This document shows, piece by piece, positions 54,760 through 64,000 of a DNA stretch of 64,000 nucleotides. Both the position numbers and the translations under genes were made by a program. Each line of letters starts with the position of its first letter. Position 1 is the stretch's first letter. The notes below the pieces were generated by a model. That model worked only from the letters and a program-made list of their open reading frames with translations, had not been told where the DNA came from and searched no databases. Source of the DNA: Octopus vulgaris (Eukaryota); NCBI GenBank assembly GCA_951406725.2, contig OX597828.1:46376001-46440000 (forward strand), written 5' to 3'.

Positions 54760-55395
54760 ATGTAACTTTATCTGTGTTCACTGAAATGGTAAGTTTATAG
54801 CCTCCTTTAGCGGAACAACCTGTTTCTTGGGTAATTTCAACAGTGTTCACGTAAATTGTAGGCTTAAAACATGGATTGGTTAACACTATAGTCTCGTCTT
54901 TGGGCAAGTTTATCGGTGTTAACTAGAATGGTAATCTTTGAAATTTTCTCGGTTTCATGAAACAACCTGGTTCTTGGGTCACTGTTATGGTGCTTGGGTA
55001 ACTTTATAGATGTTCACTTAATTATCAGACGGAAAGGACGATGGGTTATTGGTGTTCACGGGAATGTTAGAATTAAAACGTCATCCTTTTTAACACCAAA
55101 GCCTGGGCGGTGGCTAACTTTATCGGAATTCACTGGAATGTTAGAATTAAAACGTCTCCTTGTTTACCATCAAAAACCTGGTCGATGGTAGCTTCATCGC
55201 TGTTCACTTGAATTTTAGAATAAAAACGTCACCCTGTTTCACACCACAGTTTGGTCTATGGCTAACTTTATCGGCGTCTTAGACTTAAAACATCACCCTA
55301 TTTAATACCACAGTCTGGTCGACTACGGGTAAATTTAACGTCGCCATGTTTACCACCACAGGCTGGTCGATGGGTACTTCATATGGAGTTCATTT
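54760..55395. repeat. degenerate minisatellite, unit about 73 bp
   Basis: Recurring GG(G/C)TAACTTTATCGGTGTTCACTGGAATGTTAGAATTAAAACGTC-like unit at about 54762, 54829, 54902, 55043, 55112, 55186 and 55260. Confidence 0.75.
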
Positions 55396-55514
55396 TGTCA
55401 ACATTTAAGACAGTTTTCTCATTTGACAATAATCTCAACCCTCATTTTCTAAGAGAGAGTGAGAAACCCTTGCAAACATAAAGGATCATTTATGGTGCTC
55501 TGGCCTCCCTAATT

Positions 55515-55787
55515 TAGTCGTTCTGAACCGGGGTCCACATGAGCCCTTTGGATTCATAAGAGCCTTGGGATCTATATACAATTTTGGGGTTAAATTTTAT
55601 GTGCAATTTATTGGTTAGATTTCTATAATAGACAAAATATTTTGACGATGTTTCATAGAATTCCTAATGATATTTCATTATTAACATACAATAGTATTTT
55701 TTTTCATACATCGAATGCTTATGAGGGTCCACGAGTAAAGTAGGAAACAAAGGGGTCCATAGAAAAAAAGATGTTTGAGAAGCACTG
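55515..55787. mobile_element. hAT-type MITE (opposite orientation to the 24726 copy)
   Basis: Eroded TIRs TAGTCGTTCTGAACC / GTTTGAGAAGCACTG; TSD CCCTAATT / CCCTAAAT; GTCCACGAGTAAA matches the reverse complement of the 24745 region. Confidence 0.72.
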
Positions 55788-56339
55788 CCCTAAATAACAG
55801 GCAAAACTATATGTAGTTTAATATAAAGGAATCCGAGCAAAAACAAACAAAAACAAACAGACAGATAAAGCAAAAAAAATAAGTAAATAAATAAACAAAA
55901 CCGTATAAATAAATCAACAGTACAACCACCACCGCTACAACAACAACAACAACAACAACCGCAGCAGCAGCAGCAAAACAAACTAAAATAATCCATCAAA
56001 TTTCCATCGTTTGACAATAATGTGTCCTCTTATCAACTGACCGATTTTTTTTTTATACTTTTGGTTCATATGTCTGTATGTCTGTGTGTAACTGTGTGTG
56101 TGTGTGTGTTTGTGTGTTTGAGCATGTGCGTGATCATGTGTGTGTGTGTATGGGATCGTGTGTGTGTGTATATGGGATCGTGTGTGTGTGTGTGTGTGTG
56201 TTTGTGTGTGAGAGTATGTGTGTGTGTGTGTGTGAGAGTATGTGTGTGTGTGTGTGTGAGAGTATGTGTGTGTGTGTGTGTGTGTGAGAGTATGTGTGTG
56301 TGTGTGTGTGATATTTTTATCTAGTACACTGCACTCACA

Positions 56340-56421
56340 TTATAACAATACCACGGCCGCCGCCACCCTTACTACATTTATCATCATAACCATCATAATC
56401 ATCATCATCATCATCATTGAT

Positions 56422-56452
<31 letters not shown>

Positions 56453-56982
56453 CCATCCTGATCATCATTGACATCATCATCATCATCAAGATCATCAACA
56501 ACAACACAAGAAATTTAAACCTTGCTACAACCAACAACAAAACAACAAGAATACCACCACCATCAACAACAACAACAACAACAACAACACTATCACTACC
56601 ACCACCATCAACAACAACAACAACAACAACAACACTATCACTACCACCGCCACTGCTACAAATTACCACTGCCACCACCACTGAAATTATACTATGATCA
56701 TCCCCCACCTTCCCCATCACCACTACCGGCGCCCCCACCATCAACAACAACAACAACAACATCACCTCCACCGCCACTACACCCACTGCTACCACCACTA
56801 ACACAGTCACCACCATCACCAACATCAACACTAACTGTACTGTACCACCACAACGAAAACCCGTTACCACCATCGCCGCCGCCGCCGCCATCACTAGCAT
56901 AATTATCTCCACCGCTACCACCATACACAACATTAGCCTCTTCCTCGGCCTCCTCGGAGAGCCAGTATATTCAAAGAGAGAA

Positions 56983-57020
<38 letters not shown>

Positions 57021-57170
57021 GATGAAGAAGAAGAAGAGAGAGTGAGAGAGAAGAGAGAGTGAGAGAGAAGAGAGAGAGAGAGAAAGAAGTGAGGGAGACA
57101 GTCAGACAGGGAGACAGAGAGAGAGAGAGAGAGACAGACAAAGATAAAGAAAAATAGGAAGAAAAAAGAG
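56340..57170. repeat. compound (ATC)/(ACC)/(AAC) and (GA)n low-complexity tract
   Basis: Direct reading. Confidence 0.9.
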
Positions 57171-57411
57171 AGAGAAAAAGGGGAGGGGCATAAATTCTTT
57201 AACGGGATTTCAAATATGTCCTTTTATATCCTCCACAATAAAACGCTGTTTTGTTGATGTTGTTGTTTTTGTTGTTGTTGCGGTGGGGATGGGGTGGGGT
57301 GGGGTGGGGTCGGGGTGAAGGTGGTGTTGTGGTTTCTGTAATAGTTTCTCATGGTAGTATCGCCGTTGTTGTTGTTGTTGTTGTTGTTGTTACGGGAACT
57401 CTTTCACCCTT

Positions 57412-57632
57412 TAACTCTTTTACTTTGTTTCAGTCATTTGACTGTGGCCATGCTGGAGCACCGCCCCTTTAGTCGAGCAAATCGACCCCAGGACTAAGTT
57501 ACGGGAACGTAAACACCTCCACCAACGGTTGTCAAGACACACATATACACACACACATACACACATATACACACATATACACACACACATACACACACAC
57601 ACGCACACAAACACATACACACACACACATAA

Positions 57633-57664
<32 letters not shown>

Positions 57665-57972
57665 CAGCAAAACAATTAAGATTCAAATGAATTCAAATGA
57701 ATTCAATTGAATATGGTACTTAACTTAGAATATTTGCAGCTTTAAATAAAATGTTCTCAGTATGAAACAATTGTACTAAACTACTGATCCATTCTTGTTA
57801 CTTTTTTCTTGGTTATATATATATATATATATACGACGGGGTTCTTTCAGTTTCTGTCTACGAAATTCACTCACAAGGCTTTGGTCGGACTGAGGCTATA
57901 GTGGAAGACACTAACCTAAGGTGCCATGCAGTGGGACTGAACCCGGAACCATGTGGTTCGTAATCAAGCTAC
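57412..57972 (-). mobile_element. SINE A with an AT-rich island in its microsatellite
   Basis: Tail 57412-57537 and head 57834-57972 both match the reverse complement of family A. Confidence 0.8.
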
Positions 57973-58299
57973 TTTATTTCATAAAATTCTTCATATAGAC
58001 AGTACAAAGAGTGTGTAGCTTTGCGGGCTAGACAAGCACATTAATGAATGAAAACGAAATAAAATGAATAAATGAGAGACGAAACCCAACACCCGCCGAT
58101 TGGATTTTTCTCGAAGAACATATTTTCCTTTTTTAAAAATCAATATGAGGTTTGAAACCTCTTACAAGGAGGCACTAAAACCTCTTACTTAACATGTTTT
58201 TTTTTAACACATAATTGAGGTTATAAAGCACTACAAATAATACAAGATGAGGTTTCAAATCCTCTAACGAGGTTTTTCACCCCCTAGTCATCGATATAT

Positions 58300-59060
58300 T
58301 CATCATTATCTTTAATGCTGCTTGAGTTCTTGTATCCCACCATTTCCCATACCTCACTCATGTAGGACATGTAAGTCATTCAAGTGTAAGAGCCACCCGG
58401 CCATATGCGACACTTCTTCGCAAACCTTTCTAGCCTTTCCCACAAGGTAAATTTTATGACCTCCACAGCTATCTGCGGAGGCCATTCGGGATCCCGTGTG
58501 AAGGGCATACCTGCTGTCTCTTTATGTTCTTCTACTATTTTTCCACCTCCCCGCCCTTGTAGAAAAAGATAATTAATTCATTTTATTTAAGGGTGGGGGT
58601 CGTTTCTTCCACCGTGGGCGGCACAACTTCGGGACATGCAGACGGCATATCATCACCCCCTGCGATGACCCGTTCTTTCTTTTTTTCTTTTTTATCCAGG
58701 CATCTGGAGAGCGGGGCTGTTCCGCTTTGTCCGGAGTCTCTCTCCCACCCCCCGAAGCCTTAGGGTTCTTCGGCAGGCAACTATTGTTGCCCGCCTTCCT
58801 CCTTTTTAAGTCTCCTCAACCACATCCACCTCTCCCTTTGACCGGGTAGGGGAGGTGGCATCCAGTGACTGTTCCAGGACCTTACCATGGTCCTGGGGGC
58901 AGTTCCTTTTAATGTGGCCTGGCTGCAGGTATGAGTGACACTTGGTGGGACGTCCCTCAAATATCACCGGATACATGCAGCCAGCCATTTTAAAAAAATC
59001 TGGAAAAACCAGATCTGTTGCGGCCGATGGGGTCCACAGGGTAATAAATAGCTTTTGACC
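58300..59060 (-). mobile_element. L1/Tx1-like LINE ORF1 fragment
   Basis: YPVIFEGRPTKCHSYLQPGHIKRNCPQ is a degenerate CCHC knuckle preceded by the V-x-(Y/F)-x-G-x-P motif typical of L1/Tx1 ORF1; GC-richer than its flanks. Confidence 0.6.
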
Positions 59061-59142
59061 CTTCCCAATCTGAATATATATATATATTCAGAATGAGATA
59101 AAAAACCAAGGGTGTGAAAGAATTTAGAACATTTATAAATAG

Positions 59143-59190
59143 GTCTTACAGCTGTTTTCGGGATATTTTATGTATCCCTTCATCGGAGAC
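59143..59190 (-). ncRNA. variant hammerhead ribozyme motif
   Basis: Minus: GTCT-CCGATGA-AGGGATA..TATCCC-GAAA-ACAGCTG-TA-AGAC; U4C core variant with a palindromic stem III. Confidence 0.55.
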
Positions 59191-59304
59191 GGTGTGAGAA
59201 AATCGTTAAGCAATGGTCTGTCCATAACACTTACTCAGCATTACCTGACACCTTTGGGTCTTATTGACACCATTACTTCTCATAAATGCTATACATACAT
59301 ACAT

Positions 59305-59357
<53 letters not shown>

Positions 59358-59389
59358 CATGTACATACATACATGTACGTACATACATG

Positions 59390-59453
<64 letters not shown>

Positions 59454-59990
59454 CATATATAATCACACACATACTCACACTCAAACACATATATGTATAA
59501 TTGGGGTAAAAACCTTAAAGTGTGATTTCAAAAGTTCCTCTTCGGCTATCACCCGCGAAGTGTTAATATAGGGTGGAAATTCTTCTGTCACTGTATATAC
59601 GTGTAAAAATCCTCAAATATCCGTGGAGTATAAAACGAACAGAGATACAAAGGAGAAAATCCAACAAAAATAAATTCAGAGAAATAAACAAATAAAGAAA
59701 CTGCATGTTCATTCATTCCTGAATCGCAGACTAGTCTGAAATTTTAGGAAATATAAAAGGAACATTTAAGGGTAAAAATGTCAATATGAATATGTAGATA
59801 TACATGCGCGAAAGCGCACGTACACACACACATGTAAACATGCAAAAGTATATATATTTGCAGATTATCAAAGAAAGTAACCAACGGTTTCATGTGGCAG
59901 GGACTTCTATAATTGGTCAAGACAACCCCCCTGGAAATCAAGTACCCATCCTCATTGTTCGATACTAGCGAGTGTGTTTATATATATATA

Positions 59991-60318
59991 TGGCTCAGTG
60001 GTTAGAGCGTCGAACTTACGATCGTGTGGTTAACAGTTCGAATCCCGGACCGAGCTGCGTGTTGTGTTCTTGAGCAAGACACTTTATTTCATGTTGTTCC
60101 AGTTCACTCAGCTGTAGAAATGATTTGCGACGTCACTGGTGCTAAGCTGTATCGACCTTAGCCTTTCCCTTGGATAATATCAGTGGTGTGGAGAGAGGAG
60201 ACCGGTATGCATGGGCGACTGCTGGTCTTTCATAAACAGCCTTGCCCGGACTTGTGCCTGGGCGTGTAACTTTCTAGGTGTAATCCCATGGTCTGTGTCG
60301 TGACAGAAGGGGGTCTCA
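59991..60318 (+). mobile_element. SINE head B with tail type 3
   Basis: TGGCTCAGTGGTTAGAGC A-box and GTTCGAATCC B-box; matches the reverse complement of 2418-2733. Confidence 0.85.
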
Positions 60319-60319
60319 G

Positions 60320-60350
<31 letters not shown>

Positions 60351-60957
60351 AAAGCATATGTATATATGTATACACTTAAAAACTAACAGATTCGCGCTCA
60401 TACGACGCAGTCACAATTACAGCTCCCATACTTAAAATCGGTCACCGTGTATCGATTAACAGACTCGCTTTTCACAGTTATAAACCTCATATTCTTGCCT
60501 TCTATCTCTCTCTCCCTCCCCCAGCTCCCTCTATCTCTCCCTCTTTCTGCATTATGTCTCTGCGATTGATTTATTGATTTATATTCTACTTTTTCGATGA
60601 ACTCCTTCAATGTTTATTTTTCTAACTTACTGTTTTGTTTCCTCTTCTCCTTTTGTTTATTTTGACAAAGAACCAAAACTCCGAAACGCGTGTATATATC
60701 TCTTTCTGTTTTTTTTTTTTTTGCCTTTACAACCGAATACATTGGATTCCTGGAAACGTTTATTGTTCCTCGTTTTTGTTAGTGTTTTTCTTTTTCTTTT
60801 GCTTGTAATTCGTCTTCTATGAATTGCAAGATTATTGTGTTTGTTGTTTGTGTAATGTAGTTTTGTTGCTACTGTTAGAATTGTTATTTCTGCATGTTGT
60901 ACTCTAAGATTTGGCAACGCGTGACGTTTGTCACCGTCAAAATGGCGATGGAGGTTT

Positions 60958-61015
<58 letters not shown>

Positions 61016-61039
61016 CGCAGCAGCAGCAGCATTGGTCAT

Positions 61040-61335
61040 TTTGTTGGTCGTCATCATCCGGACATCAAGTACTGGCTCTACAAGATCGACCGAGCCACAG
61101 ACAGAACCTGCAGATAGTGCGGAGTGGGAGAGGAGACACGGCGGAGCATGTCATCTACGACTGTCCACGGGTCCATCGCCCACCGCAAATGCCCCCCACC
61201 CCCACCCCCACCAGACACATTCTGGCCAGTGACCCTCTCCTTGTCCTTCGGGTCTGGGAAAAGTGGACTTCCGCTCCCGACCCACAGAACGGACGCAGTG
61301 AAATCACCCTTACCCGTCTCGTTGCTTAACAACAA
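61040..61335 (+). mobile_element. I-group-like LINE 3' fragment with a C-terminal zinc finger
   Basis: GRHHPDIKYWLYKIDRATDRTCR*CGVGEET / AEHVIYDCP across a stop and a frameshift gives the C-x2-C..H-x4-C ORF2 tail motif; ends in (AAC)n. Confidence 0.7.
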
Positions 61336-61372
61336 CAGCAGCAGCAGCACCAGCAGCAGCAGTAGTATTAGC

Positions 61373-61403
<31 letters not shown>

Positions 61404-61911
61404 ACGTCAGCTAGTGCTAAAGATGGTTGTGGTGTTGGTGCCAGCGGAAGGGGTGGCGAGGTGGCAGCGGCAGCTGTGGTGCGAGTATCGGCGCGAGGTG
61501 GAGGTGTGAGGCTAAGGACGTTGTTCCTTACTGTGCTGGTTGTTGTGATGATGCTCGATGTGACAGTAACAGTAATAGTCGTGATTGCAATATGGTGGCA
61601 GTGGCGGTAGCGATGACGGGGTGGTTGTATTGGTGGTGGTGGTAGTGGGGCTGATGGTTTGTTTCTTTGCAGAGTTCACCATACTGGAAAAGAAGGGATT
61701 GACCTTTAGAGAGAGATGGGGTGGGTTATATAAAGTGGAAAAGAAATTCATCGACAGGAATGTGCCTCTTGAATTGTGTTTAAAAGAGACGACCACTCAA
61801 CAAAATAGATAATTATCAATAATCAGTCAGAGATAATAATATTCTCCAGCATAGGAACATACGCACGAAGGGACGAACATATCTGTGTTTCTTTGCGCGT
61901 GGGTGTGTCTA

Positions 61912-62122
61912 TTCTTTTATCCCATTATTTCAGTTATTTGACTGCGGCCATGCTTCGGCACCACCTTGGAGGGTTTTAGGAGAAAGAATCACTTCCAGGA
62001 CTTTTTTTTAAAATTAAACCAAGATTGTTACTTGCTCTATGGGCCTCCCTTTGCCGAACCGGTACGTCACCGAGACGGAAACACTCTAGCTGTTTGGAGA
62101 TATCTACATATATATACATTCA

Positions 62123-62184
<62 letters not shown>

Positions 62185-62334
62185 AATTGAGATAGGGGTT
62201 GTAAATGCAACCCTCTATGGGATAACATATATCCAATCTACCGCTAGTGAAGTACCCAACAAAGTTAATACATAAATGTTAATAATTGCGATGCAATTAA
62301 TTCATTTACTGTATTATATGGGCAAAGGTATATA

Positions 62335-62370
<36 letters not shown>

Positions 62371-62425
62371 TGTATGTATGTATGTATGTATGTATGTATG
62401 TATGTATGAATGAATTTCTTTGAGT

Positions 62426-62480
<55 letters not shown>

Positions 62481-62905
62481 TTATTTATTCACATATTTAT
62501 TCATTGCTAAACCTCGCTAAGATAAATATTTCAATTACCTGAAAATTGACTCTAACCATAACTCGAATTATTACGAATTGGACAGCCATGAAACGATCGT
62601 AGTGTTTTACTCATTATCTTTTATTAAACTTTTAATACTTTTGATATATATTTAAAATAATATAAATTAATTAATTTTATGTATTGGCTTAAGTTTTTCA
62701 TTGTTTGATTTGCCTAATAGTGGTTTTATCTCTAATTTAATATTATATATATATATATATATATATGACACAGGTCTCTTTCAGTTCCCACTCATAAGTC
62801 TTAAGTTGACCCGAGGATATAGTAGAAAATACGTCTCCAAAGTGTGGCTGAACTCGTAACCGTGGGGTTGGGAAGCAAGCTTGTTACAACACAACCATAC
62901 CTCCG
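61912..62905 (-). mobile_element. diverged SINE A split by microsatellites and several islands
   Basis: Tail-like 61912-62095 and head-like 62767-62905 in the same orientation. Confidence 0.6.
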
Positions 62906-63238
62906 TCTCTAAAACTTTCTCTTTAATGTTCGTAAGAGAATCTAATTGCTAGTATCTATAAGGTTCTACAAGGTTTCCGTCGAAAATTAGTACGAAAGCG
63001 GAAGTTGTTATGAATTAGAAAACATCCTTCGTATATTTCATCACAATCGCCGACAACAAAGAAACGCAGTGCTGTCTGGCAGTGACACTATTGAATGCTA
63101 TTCACAGCCAACTTCTTGTTTGATATTCTTAGTATCTATTCCTTCGAAATTGTGAAGCAATCTGGAGGGAGTGCAGGTCAGGGGACTGGCGAATAACAAA
63201 GGTTACTTCAGCAGGATTTGAAGTTACAATAAGGATTA

Positions 63239-63632
63239 CTAGCAGTATCGCCCGGTGCTGCTCGGGTTTGTAAGGGAAATAACTATATAAGCATTTTTAG
63301 AGAGTTATAGCCAAAAAATAACAAAAAATGCATTAAAAATGGAAAAAAATGATGGTAAATTTTTGTTAAATCGTTGACTCATTGTAGACATTTTTAGAGA
63401 GTTACTTCCCTTTAAAAAAATATATGCATGAAAATGGATAAAAATGATGGTAAATTATTTTAAAAATCGTAGACTCATCTTAGACGCGCGCTAATACCCA
63501 GAAGGGCTTGATATGAATCACGACTATAAGATACCCGGTGTTGGTTAAACTGCACCGCAAAATGTGGGAGTAGTTTGGAATCTAAATCGAAGGGGACAGA
63601 CACTCACACAACTACAGTTTTATATATATAGA
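63239..63632 (-). mobile_element. non-autonomous Helitron (same family as 4963)
   Basis: A|TC ... CCCGAGCAGCACCGGG hairpin, CTAG|T; shared termini, with internal subrepeats arranged differently from the first copy. Confidence 0.85.
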
Positions 63633-64000
63633 TATGCAGCAAGGTGCTTAAACGACACATTCGTTTACTTTCAAAAGAATATAGTATACAGATCAATAAC
63701 TACGAAATGTGTGTGTATGTGTGCGTGTATGGATATCTATGTGTGTGTGTGTGTATGTGAGCGTGTATATTCGTGTGGGCAAGTGTGTGTGTGTATATAT
63801 GTGTCTTTATGTGCATTTATAGAAACATAATTTCACAAGTGTCATGTATTCTGCAATATCCTGCTCAAAAACACACAACTGTGGCACAAATCATATAGTT
63901 GTATACAATCTCCTTATTACACACAAATACATACATACATACATACATACATACATACACATATATATATACATATATATATATGCATATATATATATGT

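Noticed and set aside
54760-55395. CRISPR-like periodicity
   Set aside because: Eukaryotic context, whole units are homologous with no unique spacers, and no cas genes
59991-60060. tRNA-like sequences here and at 1099, 29122 and 39697
   Set aside because: A and B boxes are present but there is no acceptor stem, and they run into SINE bodies; these are SINE heads, not tRNA genes
61660-61812. Possible exon after TTCTTTGCAG (EFTILEKKG...)
   Set aside because: Acceptor-like site only; no recognisable protein or partner exons

Overview
AT-rich, repeat-saturated animal DNA, either a gene desert or a large intron. The SINE families and the dense (TA)n/(CA)n/(TATG)n/(TCTA)n/(TTA)n microsatellites suggest an octopus-like cephalopod; this is my recognition, not a database result. 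I can support no host protein-coding exon, and almost all ORFs in the supplied track are microsatellite artefacts. The main contents are: one near-full-length but frameshifted CR1-group LINE (43.4-47.7 kb, minus) with a CCCH zinc-finger ORF1; fragments of CR1, R4/Dong-like, L1/Tx1-like and I-group LINEs; many copies of four tRNA-like SINE heads (my labels A-D) that swap 3' tails; two non-autonomous Helitrons; mariner/Tc1 relics and hAT MITEs. The most interesting unannotated signal is a set of minimal type-I hammerhead ribozyme motifs in short islands inside TA microsatellites, resembling Penelope-like-element or retrozyme remnants. Two of them (7051-7155 +, 28482-28583 -) have intact cores. 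Two SINE/LINE 3'-tail partnerships are also visible within the window. All alignments were done by eye, so coordinates are approximate.
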